A program made the position numbers and the translations under genes. 64,000 nt of DNA from Blastocladiella emersonii ATCC 22665 (lineage: Eukaryota; Fungi; Blastocladiomycota): positions 62,001 to 126,000 of the forward strand of contig JANHCV010000005.1 in NCBI GenBank assembly GCA_025594325.1, given 5' to 3'. Below the pieces are notes generated by a model that saw only the letters and a list, made by a program, of their open reading frames with translations, searched no databases and was not told where the DNA came from. How positions within the stretch are numbered: the stretch's first letter is position 1; every line of letters starts with the position of its first letter. Shown here piece by piece: positions 45,701 to 56,440 of this stretch.

Positions 45701-45852
45701 GGCGCAACGCGTCTCTATTCGATCGCGACAGCTACTCACCTCTTGCTTTCTGGTCGAATTCGACACAATAAACTCGCGAAAGAATGTAATGGATTGCTGA
45801 ATGCGATAAATTCCCTGATGCACACAGAGTGACTCGGCCAACTGAGTCGGTC

Positions 45853-47559
45853 TCAAACGCTCAGCGCCGGTGCAGCAGCGAGGAGCGTTCCATCCAGCTC
45901 ATTGCTGACACCAAGGCTGAGAAGCTTCGGGATGTGAACAGTCATGGAGCTTGACTGATCACTCGGAAGCGTGTACGTGAACGGCGCCACGAGTCGCACG
46001 AGCGCAGGCGCGGCGCGTGCAAGCCCACACATGTCCTCGGAAAGTACGAGCGACCACGACTTGACCCGCGCGAAATCGTGCACGATTTCGAGGCTTTGCA
46101 GGCGCGGCAATCTTGGAAGGGAGGCAAGTCGAACGATCGGGAAGCGGTCCGTAGCCGTATCGGTGATCGTGCGGCGACAAACCTGGCCAAAGTCAGGGAG
46201 CTTGGGATACTCGGTCAGGTCGATGCGAATAATCAACGACTCGAGCGCTGAAAGAGATTCGGGCCCAAACGCCCAGCTGGCACGGTCGACGAAGATGCTG
46301 CGGAAGCACGGTAGGGTGAGCTCGAGCGAGCGCAAGGAAGGGAGCGCGACCCGGAACCGGTTTGGATGGGATGACGAGAAAGCATTGTTGCCTCTTGGGA
46401 TCAACTTCAGCTGCTCGAGGTGGGGATGGACGAGAAGCTCGTCGACGCGCGCAAAGTGGCCATCGGAAAAGTGGGACCGCAGCGTCAAGGAGGTGACGCG
46501 GCGAAAGGCGCGGAATGGGAACGCCTTTGCGCGACGCGGGGTTCTGGGTGCGGCCCAATCCGGTTCGGCGTCGCTGCCGACAACGTGATAGCCGCCGGTC
46601 TCTTTACTTGGGATCGCGACTTGATCGATAGGGTCTCCAACCGTGTAGCCAAGTCTGAGCTCCTGCGCTTGGTGAATCTGCACCTGGGTGAGCCGAAGCG
46701 CGTCGATTGCAGGGCTGGCTCGATGCCCGAGTTGTTCAACGGTTAGCTCGATGTTTGTGGTGCCGAGCGGGAACGCAAAATGAGAGAGGCCGTCAACGCC
46801 GACAAAGAAGCGAGAATCGGCCGCGGATGGGAACATGCGCGCGAGCGCGGTGATCAACGGCAATGCGGAACCGGGAACTCCTTGAACAGAGAGTCGGTTC
46901 GGGGAGAGCGATTTGAGGAAGGGCAGCTTGAGCCAGTCGCGGCCGCCGACCGCAGCGGCCATGTCAAAACGCGCGTGGGAAGTGCCGAGAATTGCGATGG
47001 ACCGGACGAATTGCAGCGGGTAAGGCACGAGGACGAGGTTGCCAGCGAGAATGCAGGGCGGCAGGACCGGCAAGGCGCGGTCGTCGAGGATCAGCGACCA
47101 AAGCGACGCGACACCGCGCTGAATACGGGCGCAGTCCTCGTCTGCGCGCGCCAGCGAGGGAAAGTAGAGCTTTCCACCGACGACGACGAGCGGAAACAGC
47201 GCCGGGACCTCCGATACCGCACTAACGCTGTCTGACTTGAGCGATTCAAGTTCATGGGGAAGACTGACCGAATGGCGTCGCGTGTGCGGCAGGCGGAAGC
47301 CAAGGAAGAGGTCGGCGAACAAGTGCGGACGCGTCGCGGCGTAGGCGACGCGGCACAGGTTCCCGATATGGAGAAGGTCCCAGCGCCAGCCGCTCGCTGG
47401 ATCCTTGCACCGGGTGCCGCCGTCAAGGACCCAGTCGAGGATGAGCTCCCACAGCTCGAGGGGCAGGTCGCGGGCTGCCGATCGCGTCGCAGGTTGCATT
47501 GGTTGCGTCGGCGGCGTTCCGAGAGAGATACATGAGATGCGTCCAGTGAGAAGATCCAT
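45853..47559 (-). CDS. F-box protein with LRR-like C-terminus (paralog A)
   Basis: Likely ATG at 47559. F-box-like DLPLELWELILDWV..LLHIGNLCRVAYAATRPHLF; LxxLxL repeats (LPSLRSLEL, LSALESLII, LPRLQSLEI). Intronless. Confidence 0.75.
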   Translation of the reverse strand: MDLLTGRISCISLGTPPTQPMQPATRSAARDLPLELWELILDWVLDGGTRCKDPASGWRWDLLHIGNLCRVAYAATRPHLFADLFLGFRLPHTRRHSVSLPHELESLKSDSVSAVSEVPALFPLVVVGGKLYFPSLARADEDCARIQRGVASLWSLILDDRALPVLPPCILAGNLVLVPYPLQFVRSIAILGTSHARFDMAAAVGGRDWLKLPFLKSLSPNRLSVQGVPGSALPLITALARMFPSAADSRFFVGVDGLSHFAFPLGTTNIELTVEQLGHRASPAIDALRLTQVQIHQAQELRLGYTVGDPIDQVAIPSKETGGYHVVGSDAEPDWAAPRTPRRAKAFPFRAFRRVTSLTLRSHFSDGHFARVDELLVHPHLEQLKLIPRGNNAFSSSHPNRFRVALPSLRSLELTLPCFRSIFVDRASWAFGPESLSALESLIIRIDLTEYPKLPDFGQVCRRTITDTATDRFPIVRLASLPRLPRLQSLEIVHDFARVKSWSLVLSEDMCGLARAAPALVRLVAPFTYTLPSDQSSSMTVHIPKLLSLGVSNELDGTLLAAAPALSV

Positions 47560-47927
47560 GGTTCCGATGCATGTCGAGTGGGGGAGAGAGGAGCGGGGAG
47601 TGCGGGGGTATGGGAAACGGCGAGGCGGGCGGCTGGGCGGGCGGCGGACGGCGACCGCGCGAACTCGGCGCCGCGCGCTCGCCGTTCCGCCACTCCTCTC
47701 CCCTCGGTGCTCCCCGCGACCGCGTCTCAACGTACCACTCACTTACTGCAACTAAACCAGCTGAGGTCGTCCTAGGCCTCGGTCGGGACGCGGCCCCCGC
47801 GCTCCTCGAAGCTGGCATAGGGCCAAGCCGGTGGAGTGTGGCGCAACGCGACCGGTTTCAGGTTGGTCGACGCCACTCGCCAGTGGAGAAACTGCTCAAA
47901 ACTGCTTGTATGGATTGTGGGGGGCGT

Positions 47928-49586
47928 CTAAAGGGAGCCACGGACCGCTGCCACGCGGTCGAGGGTATCAATGAGGAACATCATGAGGGCCATGGCGGAG
48001 CGCGTCGACTCGGAGACGTCGGCCCACGCCTTGCCGCCAGCAAACGGGTCGACCTGCGTCAGCTGCATCACAGCGACGGCAGCCACGGCGCGGTTCCGCT
48101 CGGTGATCGGCATGGGCAGCAGAAGAAGCCGTTCCCGCACCCGCCCGAGGTACCAGAAGTAGCCCGCCAGGTCCTCGGCCAGCTGCTCGGTCCCGAACAG
48201 CTCGAGCGCGTGCTCGACAAACTCGGCGTCGAGCGCGGCGATCGCCGGGGCAGTCGCACTGGGCGACGGGTCGAGGTAGCTGTCAAAGTGCGGCATCCCG
48301 CGGTCGAGCGACCACATGTGCTGCGACATGGCCGCCGCGTGCTTGGACACGAGATCGAGCAGTCGCGCCATGGTGTCCTCGGTCAGCATGGGCGCCGGGA
48401 GGCTGCGGAGCCAGACGCCCATCGCGTCGACGAGCACGTCCGGCGCGTGCGTCTCGATGCCGCGGAGAAGCGAGATGTACCACCGCGACTCGCGCTGCTT
48501 AGTCGTGCGGCGCAGCCCGAGGATGCCCTTGGCCGCGTCCTGCTTGACCTCGATGCTCCGGCCCGGCGCGCCCGACAGCCACGAAGCGGGACGCGGGTCG
48601 GCGGAACGGTCGCCGTGCTCGGCCATGGCTTCGAGAAGTCCGGCGACGGTGTCGTCGAAGTCCGGGTGCGAGAAGATACGAGGCAGCGACAGCGTCTTGG
48701 AGTCGCCGCTCTTGGACGACCGCACGGCGCGACGAACCGCCGCAGAAGCGCGCGAGCCCGTCGCAGCCGCGCGGGACTTGACGTTGCGGACCCACCGCGG
48801 AAGCGCGAGCCAGGCCGCGTCGCGCGAAAGGTTGCTGCTGCCCGTGATGGATGGTGTTGAGGAAGACTCGGTGTTGGTGGAAGCGACGGATGACGGGTCC
48901 GAGTTCTCGAGGTTGCTACACATGAGAACAAGGCGTTAGACACTGTCGACGACGATCGAGCTCCTCGACCTGCGACGTACATAGCAGGCGCGTCCGCGCT
49001 CGTCTCGATGGAACGGTTGAGGTTGGCGTCAGACTTGGCCGACTCGAGGGTCGACACGGCGCCCTTGGTGAAGCCGGCCGTGCCGTGCGCCGAAAACTCC
49101 TTGACGGCCTCGGTCCATGAGATCTTCTCATTGAGCGGGTCCGACGAGCTGGTGATGGGCGTCGCGACGAGGACAGCCGAGTCGACGGCAGGAAGCGCCC
49201 GCTGCTTCATCGCGTCGGCGATGGCCGGCGACGGAAGCGAGGTTGAGGGGTCCGACTTGGACGTGCCGCGCACGATGGCGACCTTGGATGCTCTGGACAT
49301 GGTTGCAGCGAGTTCATCAGTTTTCCATCGAGGTGCGGGCGGGGGAGTGCGAGGTGTGCGTTCACGGCCGCCGCGAACACGCGCGTACGCGTGGCACAGC
49401 GCAAGCGATGGACGACCGCGTGTCCGGGACGATGGAGGAGAAATCGTACTTGGCGGCGGCGCGCTTGCGGTGCTGCTCGGACTTGGTCGTCTCCATGTAC
49501 GTGTGCGGGTTGATGGCGCCCGTGGCGAGAAGCAGGCCGTTGGCGAGGCCCTTGAGCCCCGCCGCGATCACGGACATGAGCTTCAT
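47928..49586 (-). CDS. Divergent RhoGAP-like protein
   Basis: Proposed exons 49586-49450, 49292-48981 and 48915-47928; both phase-2 junctions restore the frame (alternative start ATG 49300). DVLVDAMGVWLRSLPAPMLTEDTM resembles the RhoGAP core helix (xxxKxWLRELPEPLLT). Confidence 0.55.
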
Positions 49587-49922
49587 CTTTCGACGCCGAG
49601 GATGGATGGTTGGCGGAGATGTTGAGGGTCGTCGAAGATGACTTGGGGGCTGGTCGAATGAATTACGTTGCAAACGCTGGAGTGTGGGATCAGAGAGCGG
49701 GAGGATCTCTCGAAACTCTTGAGCGAGGGGGGCTGCAACTGGAGACAATTCCTCAACTCGCCCTCTGACATCGAATCATGGACGTGTCTCCCACTGTGAA
49801 ACCAACCGAAAACGCGTTTCGCGGGTTTTCGCGCGCGCACGCGGTACACATGACTGATTGGGAGACTGTTGGTGCATCAGCGAGATGACGGCGATCACAG
49901 TCCTTCGGTGAAAGCAGTACCC

Positions 49923-50340
49923 TTAGGTCTCGAACGCGACTTCAAGTTGGCGCCGGAGCGATAGCGCGCCCAGCGTAGTCCACCTTTCTAGTGGATCAAA
50001 CGATGTAGGCGACTCTGGTCGGAGTACAGCGTAAGCAAACTCATCAGGTCCAAAGAATCTCATCAGATCCGAAGAATCTAAGAGGAAAGTGTGCCGCCAT
50101 GCTCTGGGATCGACGGCCACGGGACGGTTCGCCAACCTCGTCCGCACGTTCGCGGCGCACTCCTTTATTCTAGCACTTATCGATTCATGTACTGGAATCC
50201 ATGGATCATTGTCCGGCATGCTCAAAGGATCGATCAATCGAGAGGGAGGACGGGTCCGTCCAAGCCTGACTGTCGAGTCCGCAGCGCCAAGGTCCCCTCG
50301 CGATGCCGCCTTTGTCTTTCACGGTCGACCGGCCTGTTGC
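49923..50340 (-). pseudogene. Frameshifted remnant with weak resemblance to the adjacent RhoGAP-like gene
   Basis: GRSTVKDKGGIARG versus GRSIEVKQDAAKGILG; GRTRPPSRLI versus LRSLPAPML; FFGPDEFA versus LFGTEQLA. A frameshift and a stop lie between the blocks. Confidence 0.25.
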
Positions 50341-50553
50341 AAGGAGTCGATGGCGGGAGACCGTGAGCAACGGATCGCCGCCGAGCTCAACGAGTCACGG
50401 CCAGGAGTGGGCGGCGGAGGTGTTCGGCCGACGCGTTTCAGGACGCGTCGCGGTCACGTGCGAGGTGAGAGACAGTGCGAGACACTCTTTTGGCCGACGC
50501 GTTTGACCGACGAGCAGCTCAAGGGATAACAGATAGACAAGAACAAGATAAAT

Positions 50554-52809
50554 TTAAACGCCAAGATCGCGAACCGTGAGCTTCTTGACCGACGCGAGCG
50601 CGTCCGCGACCTCCGGCTTGAGCGTGCCACCTGGCGCGTACACGAACACGTCCTCGAGGCTGGGCCAAAGGTCGACCGGAACCCGCTCAACGGCGCCGTA
50701 CGTCTTGATCTGGCGCAGCGCGGGTAACGCAGTCTCGGCAAGCACGCCAAGCAGGCTCGCGTCAACGTCCATGACCTGCAGTTTGGGGAACGCGAGTTTG
50801 CCAGCTGCAATCGGTGCCGACTCGGAGCAGGTGAGGGGAGCGATCAGCTGCTCGAGACCAGGGGCAATCTCCTCAAGATCAAGCAGGTCGGCCGCTTCAA
50901 TGAGCGACCACGTCCCCGTACCATTAATGTCGCGCTTGATCTCGAGTCGCCGGAGATTCGGGAGGCCGGGCCATTGGCGAAACTCGATGCATGGGCGATA
51001 CATGCGGTAGTGGCCCGTCTCGACGTCAAAGTCGTAGTTTCCGGTCACATCGAAGCCGGGTTGAGCTTCCCACTCGGCAATGTCAATGACAAATGTGAGA
51101 GACTCAAGCAGCGGAAACGAGCCGTTAGAAAAGATCCAAGTTCGGTCCAAGGAGAAGATGCTGTGGGCCGCGGTCAGCGAAAGCTCAAGCGAGCGAAGCG
51201 CAGGGAGGGCAACCCAGAACAGGCCACCGGCGGGAAGGATGAAGCCGTTGTGACCCGTCGGAAGCAACGAGAGTCTCTTGAGGTGCGGATGGACGAGTAT
51301 CTCCTTGATCCGCTGGAAGCGCGAGTTGCCATGCGCGCTGCGAATCGTAAGAAAATCCAGGCGGCGGTAGGCGCGCACTGCGGAAGCGCCGGCCGGCCAC
51401 GCCGGGCGCGGGGCCGCCCACGCAGGCTCGCCTTGGTCATCGATGTTGCCCGTTCGGCCGAGAACCATGTCCACCACATCCGGTTCTTCGGTCTCCGGCG
51501 CAACGGCGTCAATCGGGTCGCCGATGAGCGCGTCAAGTCCAGTCTCGCGCATGCGGCGGATCTGCGGCTCGGTGAGGCGGAGCGCATCGATGGCTGGATT
51601 GACATGTGCGTCCATCTTGGGGGTAAGGTAGTGGAGGTCGCGCACGCCGAGCGGGAAGGAAACCTTGGGGTGGCCGATGCGGTCGATTTCGAGGTGGAAG
51701 TCGGAAACGGTGGGCAGGATGCGCGCCAGCGCCGTGATGGCGGGAAGCGAGCTGCGTGGAACGTCGTGTACGGCGACGCGGTCCAGCTTGAGCTGCGCGA
51801 GGAAGGGAAGGTTTCGCCAGTCTCGGCCGCTGACCGCTGCGACTAGGTCAAAGGGCCCGTCCCACATGCCAAGGACGACCAGAGAGCGTACGAGACCGAG
51901 CGGGTAAGGCACGAGGACGAGGTTGGCGAGAAAAGCGCACGGCGGAAGGGCTGCGAACTCGGTGTCACCAAAAGTAAACGACCAGAGCGACGCGAGTCCG
52001 CGCTGGACCGTTTCGAGGCTGTCGTCCGCGCGCCGCGGGGAGGAGAGGTACAAGTTTCCGTCGTGAACGACAAGCGGGAAGATGGACGGGACCTCGAGCT
52101 GGTGCGGGTTCGTGGGCGCGGGCGTGCGGTAGTTTGGGAACGGGAAACGCGCGAGCATTTCGCTCTGGTTCGCCGACCGAAAGACGCGCTGGCCGTTGCG
52201 GAAGCAGAGGACGAGGTTCGTGAACAGTCGCGGGCGCGTCGCGGCGTACGCGGCGCGGCACAGCTTGCCAACGTGATGGAGATCCACGAGTGAGTTGTCG
52301 TCGGGGACCGAGCTCGCGTCGCGGCCCAGCACAAAGTGGTCGACAATGAGAGCCCAAAGCTCGACGGGAAGGTCCGCGACGGGCGCGAGCGGTGGAGGCG
52401 GGGTCGGATGCCGCGGCGGCGGGGCGTCCACAGCAAACGGGATCGCGGGGAACTGTGGAGGAACCGTGGACGAGCCAAAGCAGGACGTCGGTGGCGGCAT
52501 CGGCGGAGGTGGGCTCCAAGGGAGCGGCGTGAAGGGCGCTGTGGCCGGCAGCGGGTTCAGCGCCGCAGCTGGCGAGAAGTCGGCGAACGGCTGCGGCGGC
52601 GGAAGCATCGGGGTCAGGAGAAGCTCGCCAAAGCTCTCGGCGAACGGTTGCGGGAACGGCGTCCAGCCCGAGGGCCGAGTGATGATCGGCACCCGCGTCG
52701 GCTCGGTGGACGTGTCGTGCGGCGTCCATTCGTCCACGTCGTCGTAGTTGGGCACGGGGACGGGAGGGATCGGCGCGGCAGCATAAACGGAGCGTGTTGG
52801 GTCATTCAT
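50554..52809 (-). CDS. F-box protein with LRR-like C-terminus (paralog B), Pro-rich N-terminus
   Basis: DLPVELWALIVDHF..LHHVGKLCRAAYAATRPRLF; EVPSIFPLVV..LPPCAFLANLVLVPYPL, clearly homologous to 45853-47559. Intronless 751-aa ORF. Confidence 0.8.
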   Translation of the reverse strand: MNDPTRSVYAAAPIPPVPVPNYDDVDEWTPHDTSTEPTRVPIITRPSGWTPFPQPFAESFGELLLTPMLPPPQPFADFSPAAALNPLPATAPFTPLPWSPPPPMPPPTSCFGSSTVPPQFPAIPFAVDAPPPRHPTPPPPLAPVADLPVELWALIVDHFVLGRDASSVPDDNSLVDLHHVGKLCRAAYAATRPRLFTNLVLCFRNGQRVFRSANQSEMLARFPFPNYRTPAPTNPHQLEVPSIFPLVVHDGNLYLSSPRRADDSLETVQRGLASLWSFTFGDTEFAALPPCAFLANLVLVPYPLGLVRSLVVLGMWDGPFDLVAAVSGRDWRNLPFLAQLKLDRVAVHDVPRSSLPAITALARILPTVSDFHLEIDRIGHPKVSFPLGVRDLHYLTPKMDAHVNPAIDALRLTEPQIRRMRETGLDALIGDPIDAVAPETEEPDVVDMVLGRTGNIDDQGEPAWAAPRPAWPAGASAVRAYRRLDFLTIRSAHGNSRFQRIKEILVHPHLKRLSLLPTGHNGFILPAGGLFWVALPALRSLELSLTAAHSIFSLDRTWIFSNGSFPLLESLTFVIDIAEWEAQPGFDVTGNYDFDVETGHYRMYRPCIEFRQWPGLPNLRRLEIKRDINGTGTWSLIEAADLLDLEEIAPGLEQLIAPLTCSESAPIAAGKLAFPKLQVMDVDASLLGVLAETALPALRQIKTYGAVERVPVDLWPSLEDVFVYAPGGTLKPEVADALASVKKLTVRDLGV

Positions 52810-53324
52810 AGCGATTCATTCAGTGGCCCGTCCGGGTCGGTTGGGGGGAGAGCGAGGACCGCCCGCGGTGCCGTGATCCCACTTGACGACGGTCGCTCAC
52901 GGCTCCGCCATCCATGGCAGCTGCTGCTCAACGTGCGCAAGAAGCTCACCTCGCTCAAGTCGAAGCCGGGCCTCGCACTCGTTCAAGGCCGCGGAGCCGC
53001 TGCGGGCACTGCAGGGCGAGCGCAGTCGAGTCGGCCGTGGCGCGACGCGATCCGTTTCAGGTCTCATTCGCCATGCAGAGGCTCTCCATTCGCTTCGTAT
53101 GTGGTGTTCGCGAGGAGGGTGGAGTTCCTCGTCGGGGAACGCGGGGGGTCGACTAGCGGAACATCGACGCGGCTCGGAGCCGGCTCGGAGCCGCCCGACT
53201 TGGCGCCATGCTTGGCGCCCGGCAGCAGCGACTCGCTCCCCCTCCCTCATCGCTCGCCACCCGCCCATGAAAAAACTGCCCGCGCGAACCTGATCCAACC
53301 AAAACTGCGTGCAACCAATCCACC

Positions 53325-54707
53325 ATGACCTCCGCCGACGACCCGCACCCGCCGAGCGACCCGTCGGTGCTGACCCGCCTGCGCACCGCTCTCGCCTCGC
53401 CATGGCGCCGCTCGCGCAAGGCGTCGGGCGGGAAGCGCAGCACGTCGGCGCCTCCTCCCGCGGACCGCCGCCCGCGCCGCGCCAGCGGAGACGCCGACGA
53501 GGTGGACATGGCCGCGTCGGTCGGCGCCCTCGTCCCCGTCGCTGCCGAGCCGGCCCCGCCACGGGTCTCTCCCGAGACGCGCGCGGCGCTCGAGTCGCTG
53601 CGCGATGCGCTCAACGGCGTGCTGCTCGTTCAGCCCGCAAAACCGACCGAGGAACCCGGCCTCGGACTCCCAGCTTCCGCCGCAGTCGCGACCACGGCGC
53701 TCGAGCTGCACGCGCTCCCCGCCGCGACGGACCTCGACGCGGCCCCGTCGGGCGTCGTCGCCGACATTGTCGCCGAGCACGTCGAGTACCTGTACACGGC
53801 CGTCTCTTCCGTGCGCGGCTCCGCGTCGCTGCTCCTGCCACCCGGCGCGCTGGACGACGACCCGTCGGCGTCGCCCGCGGCGCGCTTGTGGTCGCTGCTG
53901 GGCCACCTGCTCGCACAGGCCGTGCAGACGGCCGACTCGCCGCACGTCGCTGTCGCGTTCCTCGTCGCGTACCTCCGCCTGCTCGCCGCGGGGCTCCACC
54001 TGCGCGCCGCCGAAATGCACCGCCAGCTCGCCGCCCTCGACCTCGCTAAGCGCCAGGAAGAGGTCGCCGCGGTCCAGGCTGCCGCAAGCGCCGTTGCGCG
54101 CGACGCGCAGGACGTGGCGGCATCGCTCGCCGCGTGCGCGTCCGCAACATCGTCGGAGGGCGAGTCCGAGACCGCGTGGTCCGCCGCGCTGCGCCAGGCC
54201 GCCGACGTGGTCCCGCGGCTCGTCGCGGTACACGACCAGGTCGACGCGTGCACCGCGGCTGTCGACCGCGAGATCCGCGACACCGAGGCACGGCGCAGCG
54301 CGCTCAAGATGTACGCGGCCGCGGGGCTCGGCGTCGCCGCGCTCGCGTCGGGCGGCGCGCTGCTGGCGGCGGGCATGCTCGGGTCCGCTGCGACGTCGGC
54401 GACAGCTATGGCGGCGATCGCGGCAGCGGATGGGACCGCGATGGCGGGCGGCGCGCTGACGGCGGCGAAAGCCGGGTCGTCGGTGTCGGCGCTCACGCTG
54501 ACCACGGTCGCGGCGGTCACGGGCGTCAGCGCCGCGGTGACGGGGACACTCGGCCCGCACGTCGAGGCGGCTGTCGTCGGCCCGACCGAGAAGGTGCTGC
54601 GGTCCATGCACCTGTGGCGGACCCAGCTTTTCGTGTCGCGGATGACGACCAAGCGCGCAGCGTGGGAGCTGGCCGTGGTGATTGACCGCATCCTCGAGAC
54701 GGCGTGA
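53325..54707 (+). CDS. Uncharacterised Ala-rich helical protein with coiled coil and C-terminal hydrophobic Gly/Ala segment
   Basis: 460-aa ORF with accATGA context and host-like codon bias. A long amphipathic helical region is followed by AAAGLGVAALASGGALLAAGMLG...TVAAVTGVSAAVTG. Confidence 0.75.
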   Translation: MTSADDPHPPSDPSVLTRLRTALASPWRRSRKASGGKRSTSAPPPADRRPRRASGDADEVDMAASVGALVPVAAEPAPPRVSPETRAALESLRDALNGVLLVQPAKPTEEPGLGLPASAAVATTALELHALPAATDLDAAPSGVVADIVAEHVEYLYTAVSSVRGSASLLLPPGALDDDPSASPAARLWSLLGHLLAQAVQTADSPHVAVAFLVAYLRLLAAGLHLRAAEMHRQLAALDLAKRQEEVAAVQAAASAVARDAQDVAASLAACASATSSEGESETAWSAALRQAADVVPRLVAVHDQVDACTAAVDREIRDTEARRSALKMYAAAGLGVAALASGGALLAAGMLGSAATSATAMAAIAAADGTAMAGGALTAAKAGSSVSALTLTTVAAVTGVSAAVTGTLGPHVEAAVVGPTEKVLRSMHLWRTQLFVSRMTTKRAAWELAVVIDRILETA

Positions 54708-54759
54708 GTGTGGGGGAGGCGGGCAACTTGTATATATAGCTTATTCGCTCAGTGTTACA

Positions 54760-56440
54760 TTACGCCTTGCTCGACGCAAGAATCTCGTCGTCGGGCACGA
54801 CGCGGCCGCGCAGCGAGTCAACCAGCGTCTCCATGTGGTCGGCCACGTCCTGGAGCACGACCACGGCGCCACAAGACAACTTCACGGCCTTGGGCAGGAG
54901 CCCCTGGTTCGCCGTCGCGGTGCTGCCGGGCTGCTGCTGCTGCTTCTGCCGCGCTGCTGCGCGCGCGAGAGCCGCGTCTGGGTCCGTCATCGCGAGCTCG
55001 TCCTCATCGTCGGCCTCGTTCGACGACGACGCGCGCGGGGCGATCGCGGACCCGGCGGCCCCCGGCTCGGCGTCGGCCGACGAGTCGAGGAGGTGGATGA
55101 GCGACGCGGCGATGCGCTTGTACATGCCGCGCACGGCGCCGAGCAGCGGGGCGCCGCCGGTGGTGCTACGGTGGTCGGCGCCGTCGTCCAGGACGCCCGA
55201 CTCGGCCAGCTGCGTGCGCAGGGCCCGCGCCTGGTCGAGCGCGGCGGACGCGGCGGTGCACCCGGCGAGGAGCGACGCCTCGCCCGAGTCCTGGGCGGCG
55301 TGCGGCCACGCGCCCTCGCCGGTGCCGTCCGTGTGCCCCGGCGCCAGGATGCGGTAGTGCAGCGTGGCGCGGAGCACGTTGGCGTGGGTCACGGCGTGGT
55401 CGGCGAGCTCGTCGGCGAGCCGCGCGAGCGTGTCGCGGGACGCGGCGCGGTACTCGGTGCGCGACAGGCGGCGGGTCTCGGCGACGGCGGCGTGCGCGGC
55501 CGCCGTGCGCGACTTGAGTTTCTGCACCGTGCCCGCCAGCAGGGTCCCGGCCTGCGCAATGGCGCGGTCCGCGCCGCGCAGGTCCGTGGCGGCCGCGTTC
55601 AGGGCGTCCGACAGCGCGCCGGCGTGGGCGTAGACGGTCTCGGCGGTCGCGTCGTGCTCGAGGCCGGACCCGGCGCTCGACGCGATGCGGCGCGCCGTCT
55701 CGGCCGTGTGCTTGACGGCCCACGCCTTGGACTGCAGGCGGCCCTGGTGGCGGAACAGAAAGTCGCGGTGCGCGGCCCGCCGCAGGTCCAGGAAATCGAC
55801 GGCGGCGTCGATCTTGGCCAGCACGGCGGGCAGGCGCGCGGCCGTGTCCGAGGTGTGGCACGCGAGCGGGCGCGGCCACGCCGACAGGTCGATGGACAGC
55901 ACGCCAAGCTGGTGCTGGCACGCGTCGAGGCGCACGGCGTAGTACACGACGGCCGCGGCGAGGAGGGCGCCTACGGGGGTACAGACAGGGTTAGGGACAC
56001 GTGCAGGAACAGGGGGAGGGCCAGAGCGTACCCTGAGCGACGAGAAGCCAGAGCTTCCAGGTGCCGAGCGACGTGACGCGGCGGACGGCGCGGCGCGCGG
56101 ACACGGCGAGCGTTCCCGCAGCAGTTGCGGGTGCGGGGCTCGGCTTGGGCGAGTTGCTCTCGCGCTTGAGGAACGACGGCGACCGCGCGCGCGACCGCGG
56201 CGTCGACGGGACGCTGCCGGGAGACTCTTTTTGAACAGTCGCCGCCGGCTTCTTGAGCAGGGGCGACGCCTCGGTTGGCTCGCCGCTGCTGCGCGGTTCG
56301 TCATGGAGAAGCTGGGCCATGGTGGACGACGAGGGCGAGGTGGCCGAGGGCGGGGGAGAGGCGAGGCTGCTCGCGCCCGCGCCGTCCTTGTCCGGCTTGC
56401 GCGCGGCGGTCGGCCGGATCGACGGCACCTTGAACTCCAT
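54760..56440 (-). CDS. Type II single-pass membrane protein with coiled-coil ectodomain
   Basis: ATG 56440; intron 55971-56031 (GTACGC..CTAAC..TAG) joins WKLWLLVAQ-G-ALLAAAVVYYAV into one TM helix. Ser/Pro-rich N-terminus; Ala/Leu heptad-rich C-terminus. Confidence 0.75.
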
